From a virus (Duplodnaviria; Caudoviricetes), in the IMG/VR virus record IMGVR_UViG_3300037851_000103, positions 1-64,000 of that record: a DNA stretch of 64,000 nucleotides; one strand, given 5' to 3'. Below are positions 1 to 9,453 of this stretch, one piece after another. Within the stretch, counting starts at the first letter, position 1, and each line of letters opens with the position of its first letter. A program made the translations under genes and the position numbers. A model generated the notes under the pieces. The model worked only from the letters and a program-made list of their open reading frames with translations. It ran no database searches and was not told where the DNA came from.

Positions 1-2
1 CC

Positions 3-443
3 TACGCGGGAGGTCCAGCGGACTATGTGCCTATCTGCTTATCTACCGATGCTGTTACAAATACTTGGCGTTTTGCCGGAGTAAACTACAACGGTGATCA
101 AATACCTTCTTTCGTCAATGGCTCACCATCTGGAATATACAGCAGAAACACGGCATTTGCCGCGCTTGCTAACGGCAAACCTCAGGTAGTGTCCATGATC
201 AATATGTACACAACCTCTGCTACTGATATGATTTTTGGTGCGTCTACTGCCTCTGCGTTGTATCGTATGTCTGGATGGTGGACTGATGTAATTGTAATTA
301 GAGGTACTATTGGTGATTATATGAGGCAACTCGTAGAGGGGTATCTTGCATGGTCTTGTAGTCAATACGGGGACACCTCATTAATTTCAAATTTAATATC
401 GACCCATCCATTTAAGAATCGTCCTCCATTAATAGGAGATTAA
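3..443 (+). CDS. C-terminal part (5'-truncated) of a phage tail-fibre/LamG-type virion protein
   Basis: The frame is open from nt 3 (YAGGPADYVPICLS...), so the GTG at 27 is probably not the start. It ends VEGYLAWS...LISTHPFKNRPP, resembling the VEGYLAWKW..LP..HPYK..PP terminus of phage LamG-type fibre proteins. Confidence 0.55.
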   Translation, partial: YAGGPADYVPICLSTDAVTNTWRFAGVNYNGDQIPSFVNGSPSGIYSRNTAFAALANGKPQVVSMINMYTTSATDMIFGASTASALYRMSGWWTDVIVIRGTIGDYMRQLVEGYLAWSCSQYGDTSLISNLISTHPFKNRPPLIGD

Positions 444-444
444 T

Positions 445-585
445 ATGGCAATTTTAAGAACTAGATTCCCGTTAATTTATTTTTTAGAACAAAATAATTT
501 GGAATATTGTATTTCATTCTTAGGAGAACAAAATTTTTACTTCGATCCTAATATGACTGAAATAACATTATGTTGGATTGATTGA
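445..585 (+). CDS. small hypothetical protein, 46 aa (not in ORF track)
   Basis: MAILRTRFPLIYFLEQNNLEYCISFLGEQNFYFDPNMTEITLCWID*. AGGAG at 434-438 lies 6 nt before the ATG, and the ORF starts 1 nt after the upstream stop. Confidence 0.55.
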   Translation: MAILRTRFPLIYFLEQNNLEYCISFLGEQNFYFDPNMTEITLCWID

Positions 586-627
586 AAAATAATTATTTAT
601 TGTTAAAATACCATAAAGGAAAAATAT

Positions 628-1170
628 ATGGCCAAATATGTTAATATTATGAATTTTGAAATACGAATGAGACAATTTTGGCTACCTGGACAACCAGCAG
701 TCACTATTCCTGCCCATGGGATTATTGAGGGTCCAGAAGAAATGTTGAAAACTTTTAGTTTTCTAAGACCTTTTTATAACAATACTCAACCTTCTCCTAT
801 AATACCAAATAATATTCCAGAAGAAAAAAAAGATGTAATAAGAAATAATATATTGGCAGAAAAATATGGAAAAACCTTTTTTAATGAATTAGAAAAAGAA
901 GGTGTTATAAATACTCCACAACAATTAGAAAAAGAATCTGCAAAAAATCCTACCCCAGAAAAATCTTTTGCCAATGTAGACGATCAAGTGGTTGAAATGC
1001 CATTTGATATTACTAATGTTGAAAGTTGGGTAGATTTGACAAGAGAACAAGTTACCCAGGCTGCCAATATACTAAAATTGGATGTTGCTTCCGTAACCGA
1101 AACAGGTAGAAAACGCAAGTGGGCTATTATCAAATTGATTAAAAAATATATTGAAGATAATAATCTTTAA
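628..1170 (+). CDS. hypothetical protein
   Basis: 180 aa ORF with AAAGGA SD; no family recognised. Confidence 0.75.
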   Translation: MAKYVNIMNFEIRMRQFWLPGQPAVTIPAHGIIEGPEEMLKTFSFLRPFYNNTQPSPIIPNNIPEEKKDVIRNNILAEKYGKTFFNELEKEGVINTPQQLEKESAKNPTPEKSFANVDDQVVEMPFDITNVESWVDLTREQVTQAANILKLDVASVTETGRKRKWAIIKLIKKYIEDNNL

Positions 1171-1174
1171 TTAT

Positions 1175-1182
1175 TATAAATA
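1175..1182 (+). promoter_or_regulatory. T4-type late promoter TATAAATA
   Basis: Exact motif in the intergenic gap before ORF 1202. Confidence 0.65.
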
Positions 1183-1201
1183 TATCTAAAAGGAAATCTA
1201 A

Positions 1202-2020
1202 ATGACTTCAGTTATTGATTATAAAATGTTGAAAATAACTGATCCATTGCCCCATAGGGACGGTGGGGAATTAATTATCAAAAATTTCATAACGGTTGCT
1301 GATTATTTAGAAAATAGTGTTTTTATAGATAATACTACACAAAATATCGTAGGAAATAAAATTTTTGATTCATTATCTGTGACAAACATTACTGAAAATA
1401 ATTTGATAACCGTTGATAATAATGGAAAAATAATATCGTCAAATATATCTACAACCAATGTCGCTACAACTGGTTATGTGACAAATCTTTTTAACAATTT
1501 TAAATTATCAGATATATTAACAAATGGAAATATTACTAATGGTAATTCATTGATTGTTTCTATTGGTGATATTTTTTCTCTTGGTGCGTATTCAGTAACG
1601 GCTATTTTAAATGAAAATAATCTTATTTCAAATTCCCCCAATGCATTAGCAACGCAAAGTTCTATTAAAACTTATGTTGACACTAAAATAGCAAATATTT
1701 CAGGAATTGGCAATATTGATATAATATCAGGGCAAGTATCTAATATCAGTGGTTCTCAAATAATTGATACTGTGGATAATAAAAATTCTATAAAATGGCA
1801 TATTTTCATTTATGATACAACATTAGACAATTTTAGAAGTGAAGAAATATTATTTGCAACAAATGGTATTCAATGTAAATATAATGAAATCACAACGGAA
1901 TCTGTCGGTGATACATCAACGGTAACAGTAAGTGCAAATTGTTCAATTAATAGTAATTATTTGTATATCATACCTGTAACAGGAAGTTGGAATATCAAAT
2001 ATATAAGACAAGCGATTTAA
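1202..2020 (+). CDS. virion structural protein (fibre/collar-associated type)
   Basis: Contains SNSPNALATQSSIKTYVD and a C-terminal IDTVD..KNSIKWHI...RSEEILFATNG segment, both motif types seen in phage fibre-associated proteins. AAGGA SD. Confidence 0.55.
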   Translation: MTSVIDYKMLKITDPLPHRDGGELIIKNFITVADYLENSVFIDNTTQNIVGNKIFDSLSVTNITENNLITVDNNGKIISSNISTTNVATTGYVTNLFNNFKLSDILTNGNITNGNSLIVSIGDIFSLGAYSVTAILNENNLISNSPNALATQSSIKTYVDTKIANISGIGNIDIISGQVSNISGSQIIDTVDNKNSIKWHIFIYDTTLDNFRSEEILFATNGIQCKYNEITTESVGDTSTVTVSANCSINSNYLYIIPVTGSWNIKYIRQAI

Positions 2021-2034
2021 AAGGGGCACAAATT

Positions 2035-3180
2035 ATGGCATCCAATATTGTAGTATCTGGTGTCAAAATAGAAAGCCTTAAAAATAATAAGGATAAACTA
2101 TTAACTATTGATAATTCTGGACAAATTGTTGTAAGTGATTTAACTATTCATGATGTTTTAACTCATGGTCAAAAAGAAATTGAAGATAAATATGTTTTTA
2201 ATCAAGAAGTATTATTCAAAAAAAATATTATAGTTACTGGCGAAACCATAACAGAAAATAAAAAAATCATCAATCTTAAAAATAATTTTATAATTATTAA
2301 TTCTGGGGAAGAAGGTGATGGGGTTTCAACTGATATAGCTGGAATTAAAATTGATAGAGGAACTGAACCACCATACTATTTTATATTTAATGAACAAAAC
2401 AAAACTTTGCAAATTGGTTTAGAAAACAAATTATCTGATATTGTAACGGTAAATAATCAAGAATCTGGTATTGTCTGTTGGGACTCAAGTAAAAAACAAT
2501 TTATAACTTATAATAATTTATTAGATCATGAACCAATACAACAAAAATTTGATGAATTAAATAAAAAAACAGAAAATTTATTTAAAGTTTTATCAGTTAT
2601 TGATCAAATGAATGTCCAAAATAAAGTAATGATTGATGAATTATCACCTGTTGTTCAAGATCATTCCCAATCATTATTAACAATTTCTGAAAATCTCAAT
2701 ATACTTAATGAGTCTTTTGAAGAAAATAAAGTATTAAATGATTTTAAATCTATTGTAGAAAATGATTTAAAAACAATCAATGATGATATTCATGATTTAA
2801 AAACCGTTAAAAATGATTTAAATAATAAATTAAGATACCATGAAATTTTAGAAATTCAAAATGATATTAAATCGAATACTGACATAAACTTTAAATTTAA
2901 TGAACCATTAAAAGCAGATAAACATTATTTAATAGAATGCATAATAAATGGAATTGGATATGCAACTACAAGCAAGTTAGAGTGTGTTATTGAAGATTCG
3001 TTAGGCAATCCACTTAGTAATAAAGCAATATTAATTCCAGTAACTCACAATCAGCATGTATCATCTGTTAATGTGTGTAAAACTTTAATTAGTAATATTG
3101 GTACATTTACAGTTAAAATAAAAAATGCTACATTATGGAAGGAAATATATAATTGTAGTTTAATGGTAATTGAAATATAA
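2035..3180 (+). CDS. virion structural protein with coiled coil
   Basis: Likely start is ATG 2035 (AAGGGG SD), not 1987. The NNFIIINSGEEGDGVSTDIAGIKIDRGT motif is typical of phage fibre-associated proteins; there is a central heptad-rich region. Confidence 0.55.
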   Translation: MASNIVVSGVKIESLKNNKDKLLTIDNSGQIVVSDLTIHDVLTHGQKEIEDKYVFNQEVLFKKNIIVTGETITENKKIINLKNNFIIINSGEEGDGVSTDIAGIKIDRGTEPPYYFIFNEQNKTLQIGLENKLSDIVTVNNQESGIVCWDSSKKQFITYNNLLDHEPIQQKFDELNKKTENLFKVLSVIDQMNVQNKVMIDELSPVVQDHSQSLLTISENLNILNESFEENKVLNDFKSIVENDLKTINDDIHDLKTVKNDLNNKLRYHEILEIQNDIKSNTDINFKFNEPLKADKHYLIECIINGIGYATTSKLECVIEDSLGNPLSNKAILIPVTHNQHVSSVNVCKTLISNIGTFTVKIKNATLWKEIYNCSLMVIEI

Positions 3181-3189
3181 GAGGAAACC

Positions 3190-4362
3190 ATGCGCCCATA
3201 TAGAAAAAAAAGAGAATTAGCGGATTGGATTCGCAGAAAATTAGGTGCACCAATAATAGATGTTTTAATAGACTCTACGCAAATTGACGATTGTATAGAT
3301 CAAGCGTGTGATTTTTTTGGTGAACATGCAGGCGGAACCGGAAACGTTGATAGCATTATTTTAATTAGTCCAGAACCCGTTTTATTTGATGGAACCGGAA
3401 GTCAAACACAACCTGGGCCAAAAGCGGGACGATGGAGAAAAGCAAATACAAATTGCATAGGAACATCAGGAACAAGTGGAACTTCAGCTTGTCCTCCAAA
3501 TAATTGCGGGGCAGTAAATACAGTTAATTTAGCAAAACCATTAGATTCTTGTGTAAATCCTCTCCCAACATTCCAACAAAATGGTGAATGCTGTCCAACT
3601 GATTCTAAATGTCGTGGTCCTGGTTGGTGTGGGGATGGCTATCAAGACCCCCATTGTTTTACGGAAACTGAAAAAGTTGAAATGGATGTTCAAGGTCCGT
3701 ATTGGGTTGAAGGTGATACCTCAGTTAAACCCGCTCGACAAGGATTTGTGTTTAAATCCATTTATGATGTTCCAAGTGATGTAATTGCTATTAAAGAAAG
3801 CCTTGGGGTTGGGTATTATGGGACGAGTGCTTATGGTGCAAATGATGGGGAAGCAATGTTTTCACCTATGCATCTTCTGATACATGGTGGTGGAAATTGG
3901 GGTATGAATTCTCCTACATCTTGGGTTGATAATCGTTATGGGTATTGGCATGGGGCTAATGGCGGATTCGTTGATGTTGTTGGGTGGGAAATGGGAATGC
4001 AATATTTAGAAATGTTTAGAACTTTATATACTACTAAGATGAGCATAACACTTAAAGAATTAGAACATAAAGTACAAGTATCTCCCGCACCATCACAAAA
4101 AGGCGTAATAGCATTCGCTTGTACCAGAAAAGTAGCTGATGAATTTTTATATAACCATCAATGGGTAAGAGAATATGCACAAGCTCTTTGCCTTACCCAA
4201 GTTGGGATGAATGCCGCTAAATATTCTAATTTGACCTTTCCTGGTGGCGGTTCAATAAATGCAGAATTATATCTATCACGGGGCGATACATTACGAGAAA
4301 AATTAGAACAACAAATTGCTGATGGTATGTATAGTGAACCTCCAAATTTTATAATCGGATGA
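3190..4362 (+). CDS. gp13: neck protein, T4 gp13-like, with Cys-rich insertion
   Basis: LADWIRRKLGAPIIDVLIDSTQIDDCIDQACDFF N-terminus and WVREYAQAL...GMNAAKYSNLTFPGGGSINAE C-terminus. GAGG SD. Confidence 0.9.
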   Translation: MRPYRKKRELADWIRRKLGAPIIDVLIDSTQIDDCIDQACDFFGEHAGGTGNVDSIILISPEPVLFDGTGSQTQPGPKAGRWRKANTNCIGTSGTSGTSACPPNNCGAVNTVNLAKPLDSCVNPLPTFQQNGECCPTDSKCRGPGWCGDGYQDPHCFTETEKVEMDVQGPYWVEGDTSVKPARQGFVFKSIYDVPSDVIAIKESLGVGYYGTSAYGANDGEAMFSPMHLLIHGGGNWGMNSPTSWVDNRYGYWHGANGGFVDVVGWEMGMQYLEMFRTLYTTKMSITLKELEHKVQVSPAPSQKGVIAFACTRKVADEFLYNHQWVREYAQALCLTQVGMNAAKYSNLTFPGGGSINAELYLSRGDTLREKLEQQIADGMYSEPPNFIIG

Positions 4363-5384
4363 TTATGAATTTTAAAGAATTTAATGAGTCGTTAATTGTT
4401 ACTGAATCAGAACAAAAGATAAAAGCATCACTATTAATGCACAATCAAATTGTTAAATTTCCAAAAATAGGTTGGATTATTCCATATTCATTGGCCTTTA
4501 AAAGAGATATAAATGAAACAACAATAAAAACTTTAAATGATAATTTAACAATACCAGATCCGTATGTAATCCAAAAAGATAAATTCCAAGCAATGTTAGA
4601 AGAAGTGTCCTATAGATTATCAAAATTGGGGTTTCGAAAACAAAATCAGAAAATATTATTTATGTCTTTTATTGCTACTAATAAATATTTTATAGAAAAA
4701 CATTGGAATGTGCGAGCAATAAATCCTAATTTATTTGGGTTTTATATCGAAAAATCAGACACAATTTTTATTAATAAAAATGCTTATCCCTTAAATTCTA
4801 AAGCATATATTTCTGGTCTAATACATGAAATTGCTCATGCTATTTGGATTAAACTTCCCAAAGAAACAAAAGATCATTTTATTACAACTTTACAAAATTA
4901 TCAAACAATAGCAGCAAAAAAATATTATTCCCAATATACAGAAAAACAACCATTAACAAATAAAGAAAAACAAATTGTTTCAAAACAATTTAAAGAAAAT
5001 TTGACTAATAATTTACAAAAAGATGTTAATCTTATTATTGATATTATAAGTACTGCAATAAATAATACTTATAATATCCCAACATCAACGGTAAAATCTC
5101 AAATATCAAGAAAAATTTTAATGATTGTCAGAAACAATCCAAAAATTCTTTATACAAATATTAATAAATTATTAAATGATATAACTGTTACAAAACAAAT
5201 TGATAATGATGAAGAATCAATAAAATCCCATATTGTTCAAAAAGGAATAATGCCATCCAGTTATAGTTTAAAAAATCATGAAGAATCTTTTTCGGAATTA
5301 ATTTCATATGCAGCAGAAGATATTACAAAAATTCCCAAAGAATTAAAAAATCTATTAATTGGTATTATCTCCAAAATAATATAA
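4359..5384 (+). CDS. zincin-type metallopeptidase-like protein with capsid-targeting-like N-terminus
   Basis: GFYIEKSDTIFIN strand, HEIAH at 4824-4838, distal NHEESFSE glutamate motif, N-terminus MNFKEFNE. ATGA overlap with the gp13 stop. Confidence 0.65.
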   Translation: MIMNFKEFNESLIVTESEQKIKASLLMHNQIVKFPKIGWIIPYSLAFKRDINETTIKTLNDNLTIPDPYVIQKDKFQAMLEEVSYRLSKLGFRKQNQKILFMSFIATNKYFIEKHWNVRAINPNLFGFYIEKSDTIFINKNAYPLNSKAYISGLIHEIAHAIWIKLPKETKDHFITTLQNYQTIAAKKYYSQYTEKQPLTNKEKQIVSKQFKENLTNNLQKDVNLIIDIISTAINNTYNIPTSTVKSQISRKILMIVRNNPKILYTNINKLLNDITVTKQIDNDEESIKSHIVQKGIMPSSYSLKNHEESFSELISYAAEDITKIPKELKNLLIGIISKII

Positions 5385-5387
5385 ATA
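5380..5387 (+). promoter_or_regulatory. T4-type late promoter TATAAATA
   Basis: Exact motif ending 6 nt before the gp14 ATG; it overlaps the upstream stop codon. Confidence 0.5.
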
Positions 5388-5393
5388 ATAATT

Positions 5394-6557
5394 ATGGCTG
5401 GAGCATCAGACCCTTTTCGTTGGAAACGCTATTTTGGTCAATTTTCTGGCGATTATGATAATAATCGTGAAATTGAAACCTATGATAGTTTGATGGCTGA
5501 ATATGCTGGTATTGCCGGTGTCCCTATAATTTATTACACCATAAATGTCGATCAATATAAAAATGGAATAAATATAGCTACAGGAGAAAATTCTTCACCA
5601 TTATGGGATAGAGCTATCCAATTAACAGCATTACAAGAAAACTGGTCTAACGAAGCACAAAAAATAACAACTTTTAATTTAGAAAATATTGATGAATTGG
5701 TTTTATTTATTCATAGATCAACCTTTGATAAATTAATTGGGCCAAGGTCTGAAAATACTCCGGTACAAGGACCAAACCTAACCCCAAGACCAACTAGAAG
5801 GGGTGGATATGGCCCCATTACTAAAGATATTGTTAAAACTTTAAATAATGATTTATATTATGAAGTTATAACTGGTGGTTTGCATTTCCTTGAATCAAAT
5901 GCACAACATTTTGGACATAAATTTTGGTATAAATTAACATTAAAACCAAGAGAACCATCAGCCCCTATTATTGGAACTGGCGAACAATATGGATTATCAC
6001 AACAAACCATGACATTAGAACAATTAGCTTTGAGCAAAGGTTTGCCTGCGGATTATTACAAAGGAAATTCACAATTTGTTATACCGACTCCATCTTGCGA
6101 TGACTTATTACAACCATATCCAGATCCAGAATTGGCGGGAACCGTGCCTCCATCTTCTAGTAATCCAGATTCTTGTGGAAGAATAAATTATCAAACCACA
6201 GGTGGAAATATTGGCCCCCTTTCTGAAATTCCTGATGATTATTATCTACCAGATGGCAGAATTGCAGATAAATACCGGGTCGAAGGACCAAAATCATTCA
6301 GCAATTCCTCAGATACAGCTAAAGTTCAAACCCATGCAGAAACCGTCATTGATCCACAATCAAATCTAACAGTAACTAAAGATCTTCCTTCTGGAAGACA
6401 AGGAACATTTAACGAACAAAGCATTCCCATTTATGTTGATACTGGCGAACCTATTCCAGCTAACTCAGAAGACTATAGAAACTTTATTGGATATAATAAA
6501 TATGGGCCTTCTGGAAAAGTTGTAAGACATAGCAGAGAATTATGGGGTGATTGGTGA
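5394..6557 (+). CDS. gp14: neck/head-completion protein, T4 gp14-like, with C-terminal extension
   Basis: IETYDSLMAEYAGIAGVPIIYY...RAIQLTALQENW...TTFNLENIDELVLFIHRSTFDKL pattern; position between gp13 and gp15. Confidence 0.8.
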   Translation: MAGASDPFRWKRYFGQFSGDYDNNREIETYDSLMAEYAGIAGVPIIYYTINVDQYKNGINIATGENSSPLWDRAIQLTALQENWSNEAQKITTFNLENIDELVLFIHRSTFDKLIGPRSENTPVQGPNLTPRPTRRGGYGPITKDIVKTLNNDLYYEVITGGLHFLESNAQHFGHKFWYKLTLKPREPSAPIIGTGEQYGLSQQTMTLEQLALSKGLPADYYKGNSQFVIPTPSCDDLLQPYPDPELAGTVPPSSSNPDSCGRINYQTTGGNIGPLSEIPDDYYLPDGRIADKYRVEGPKSFSNSSDTAKVQTHAETVIDPQSNLTVTKDLPSGRQGTFNEQSIPIYVDTGEPIPANSEDYRNFIGYNKYGPSGKVVRHSRELWGDW

Positions 6558-6585
6558 TAATTTTTTAAAAAATAATAAAATGATA

Positions 6586-6593
6586 TATAAATA
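6586..6593 (+). promoter_or_regulatory. T4-type late promoter TATAAATA
   Basis: Exact motif in the intergenic gap before ORF 6619. Confidence 0.65.
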
Positions 6594-6618
6594 AATTATA
6601 ACACATCAAGGAGTCATT

Positions 6619-7242
6619 ATGGAAAAATTACTATTTAATGCTAATGTTATTGGAAAAAAAATCCATAAAATATTTGAAAATGCTAACCCATTTATTCCCG
6701 TTAATCCAGAATTAAATGGGGGAAAAAAAGAAATAGAAACTCCTGATATGGAAAATGGGGAAATAGAAGATACTGATGCTGAAGAGACTGGCGAAAATGG
6801 TGAGAATGGTGAGAAAAAAGAACATGAAATTATTGATGAATTATCTGATGCTGCTGATGAAATTAAATCTGCGGTCGATATGATTAAAGCCTCTGAAGAA
6901 TTAGAACATGATAATACTATTGATAAAGAAACTCATGAAAAAATTGAAGCAAAAGCCTCTGAAAAAATAGAACAAGCTAAACAAAAATTACAATCATTCC
7001 ATGATGAATTTAAAAATGCTGAAAATAAAGAAAATACTGGAATGACAACTGATACGGGAATGCCTCAACCTGAACCCGAAAAAGAAAATGGCGATGAAGA
7101 ATCTGATGATGATCAAGAATCTGAAAAAGATGTAGAAAATACTCAAGATGATTCTGAAGAATCTGATGATGATTCTGATGATGATTCTGATGATGATTCT
7201 GAAGAAGATGATGAAAAGGTTCTCATAGATAATAAAAAATGA
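6619..7242 (+). CDS. highly acidic low-complexity protein
   Basis: Very D/E-rich 207 aa ORF with AAGGAG SD. Confidence 0.75.
   Translation: MEKLLFNANVIGKKIHKIFENANPFIPVNPELNGGKKEIETPDMENGEIEDTDAEETGENGENGEKKEHEIIDELSDAADEIKSAVDMIKASEELEHDNTIDKETHEKIEAKASEKIEQAKQKLQSFHDEFKNAENKENTGMTTDTGMPQPEPEKENGDEESDDDQESEKDVENTQDDSEESDDDSDDDSDDDSEEDDEKVLIDNKK
7162..7197 (+). repeat. 12-nt tandem repeat (TCTGATGATGAT)x3 encoding SDDD
   Basis: Three exact copies at 7162, 7174 and 7186. Confidence 0.9.
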
Positions 7243-7269
7243 TAATTTGACCCAAAGGGTAATAAAATC

Positions 7270-8472
7270 ATGAAAGATTATTTTTACCCTAAATCATTAG
7301 AAACAACTATTGCAGCATTTAATGATCTTTTTAATAATTTAACTATAAGAGTTTTTGATACTAAAGGCGAAATCGTAGGAATTAAACCAGTATCATTTAA
7401 AGTTGCTGCTAAAGAAAAAATTGCCGCAATTCTTGAAAGTTCAACGGTTAATGATGTTGATCCACAAATTGAAAACTATTTACCAAAAATATCTTCAACT
7501 TTTAAAGGTATGGTTTGGGCCAGAGAAAGAATGTCTGGTAAACATAATACACGATTGGTTAATATCGAATATTATGATTATGGTACATTGGATTCTAATG
7601 GAAATCCAATTAAAAGACAATTACAAACTGATATTCAACCAGTTCCTTATGATTTAACATTTGAAATCGTTATCTGGACTAAATATCAAACTGATATGTT
7701 CCAAATTCTTGAAAATATTCTCCCATGGTTCGCTCCAGAATTATATGTATCAATAAAAGAAAGAAATTTTGGATTGGAAAGAAAATTTAAAGTTACTCTC
7801 AATTCATCAACTGAAAATAATATGTATGAACTAGGAGAAACTGATAGAAGAATATTATTAACAAATCTTAATTTCACCGTTGAAACGGTATTCTATAAAC
7901 CATTAAAAGTATCAAAAGAAATATTATGCTCTATTATTTCTATTGCTGATGTTCCTTGCAAAAGATCATTGTTTAAAGGTGAAAAAATTATCGCTCAAGA
8001 TACTTCAGATTTTAATGAATCATTGTTTGAAGTTAATTCAAATGTCGATATTGATACTTTAGATAAAAAAGAAGAATATGATCTTATGGTTAATTATTGG
8101 AAATATGCTAATTCTAATATGAATCCAAATCAATATAAATCATGTGTCGATGATAATTGCCAATCCCCATTACCTCCAACACCAGGATGGGATATTAATA
8201 ATGATTCCGTTATTGATGATCCTCAACCTTCCCCTTGCGAATTAAAACTTAAAAAACCAAAAATATTCATAGATGAAAATACTCAAAATATTACTATTTA
8301 TTATCAAGAAATGAAAACTGAAAAAATTAATGATACTCAAGAAAGAATGTATATCGTATCATATCAAAAAACCCTTACTCCAATTGGTGATTTATTATCC
8401 GGTCCTACTATAATTAATAATGAAGATTATCCAGATTTGCCAATAACTCTGGATCATCTAAATAATCCTTAA
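7270..8472 (+). CDS. gp15: tail terminator/tail completion protein, T4 gp15-like
   Basis: YFYPKSLETTIAAFNDLFNN, LPKIS, QPVPYDLTFEIVIWTKYQTDMFQILENILPWFAP. Confidence 0.92.
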   Translation: MKDYFYPKSLETTIAAFNDLFNNLTIRVFDTKGEIVGIKPVSFKVAAKEKIAAILESSTVNDVDPQIENYLPKISSTFKGMVWARERMSGKHNTRLVNIEYYDYGTLDSNGNPIKRQLQTDIQPVPYDLTFEIVIWTKYQTDMFQILENILPWFAPELYVSIKERNFGLERKFKVTLNSSTENNMYELGETDRRILLTNLNFTVETVFYKPLKVSKEILCSIISIADVPCKRSLFKGEKIIAQDTSDFNESLFEVNSNVDIDTLDKKEEYDLMVNYWKYANSNMNPNQYKSCVDDNCQSPLPPTPGWDINNDSVIDDPQPSPCELKLKKPKIFIDENTQNITIYYQEMKTEKINDTQERMYIVSYQKTLTPIGDLLSGPTIINNEDYPDLPITLDHLNNP

Positions 8473-8483
8473 AAGGAATAATT

Positions 8484-9065
8484 ATGGATAATCAAAAAAA
8501 GAAAAAAAATGTTCCACATGGAACATCTAATAAACCTATAAAATCTATTGATGACCTTGTTAATGAACAAAAAGATGATATCGGTTTCGATCCTGAAGAT
8601 ATTAGTATTATGGAAGAAACTGTTAAAAAATCCCACGAAAAAGTAGAAAGTATTAAAAAACAATTCGAAGTTATTAAAACTTTACCTGATGAAGAATTTT
8701 CTAAAACAATGCTTAAACAATTAATAGAACGCGCATCAACTATGCTTGCCGCTTTAGAATCTGAAATAATTGATAACCCCTCTGGTAGAGCCATAGAAAC
8801 AGCCGCCACTATGGTTACTGCTATCAATAATATTGTCGATTGCTTTAATAAAATGAATACTACTAAAGAAAAATTAGAACTTGAAAAACAAAAAATGATC
8901 TCTAAACATAAAAATCCTACTACTCAATTACCACACACAATCTCAAATACTAATAATATACTCGTTGCTGATAATTCCTCAATATTAGATATGCTCGCTA
9001 ATAATGGGATCGTGCCAGGATTATTTAAAGAGCATCAAAAAAATATTGAACCTAAAAAAGAATAA
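8484..9065 (+). CDS. terS: terminase small subunit, T4 gp16-like
   Basis: Helical core (LKQLIERAS..LAAL...PSGRAIETAA) and NTNNILVADNSSILDML tail; sits between gp15 and terL. Confidence 0.75.
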   Translation: MDNQKKKKNVPHGTSNKPIKSIDDLVNEQKDDIGFDPEDISIMEETVKKSHEKVESIKKQFEVIKTLPDEEFSKTMLKQLIERASTMLAALESEIIDNPSGRAIETAATMVTAINNIVDCFNKMNTTKEKLELEKQKMISKHKNPTTQLPHTISNTNNILVADNSSILDMLANNGIVPGLFKEHQKNIEPKKE

Positions 9066-9067
9066 TT

Positions 9068-9448
9068 ATGCCAATCGCTTATGATGACCTGGGAAGAATT
9101 AAAAAACCAGGAAAAAAAACTGAATTTACTCAAGAAATGTTAATTGAATATGCTAAATGTATTCAAGACCCTCAATATTTTGCAGAACAATATTATAAAG
9201 TTGTGCATCAGTTAGAAGGGGCACAAATTATTAAATTGCGAAGTTATCAAAAAAGAATCCTTACTAACTATTTAAAAGAAAATTTGAATATACTTATGGC
9301 GTCCAGACAAGTTGGTAAGTGTGTTCAGGCCAATACGTTAGTGTATATTAGAAATAAATATACTAAAAAAATCGAAACTATTGAAATTGGAAAATTATTT
9401 TTAATGATTAAAAAAGAATTGGTTAAAAATAATATTATTGATGTATAA
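9068..9448 (+). CDS. terL: terminase large subunit N-fragment fused to split-intein N-part
   Basis: EYAKCIQDPQYFAEQY...LRSYQ...ILMASRQVGK (Walker A up to Lys, aa 1-84), then intein block A CVQANTLV, then a stop. Confidence 0.93.
   Translation: MPIAYDDLGRIKKPGKKTEFTQEMLIEYAKCIQDPQYFAEQYYKVVHQLEGAQIIKLRSYQKRILTNYLKENLNILMASRQVGKCVQANTLVYIRNKYTKKIETIEIGKLFLMIKKELVKNNIIDV
9320..9445 (+). mobile_element. split intein N-fragment (IntN, 42 aa)
   Basis: Begins with Cys1 (TGT at 9320): CVQANTLVYIRNKYTKKIETIEIGKLF. Confidence 0.88.
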
Positions 9449-9453
9449 ATTTC

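Noticed and set aside
1-443. DGR variable or template repeat
   Set aside because: No second copy differing at adenines, no reverse transcriptase in the window and no C-type-lectin terminal motif. It cannot be excluded for sequence upstream of the window.
1987-2034. ORF-track start at 1987
   Set aside because: It overlaps the previous gene by 34 nt; ATG 2035 has an SD and follows the upstream stop.
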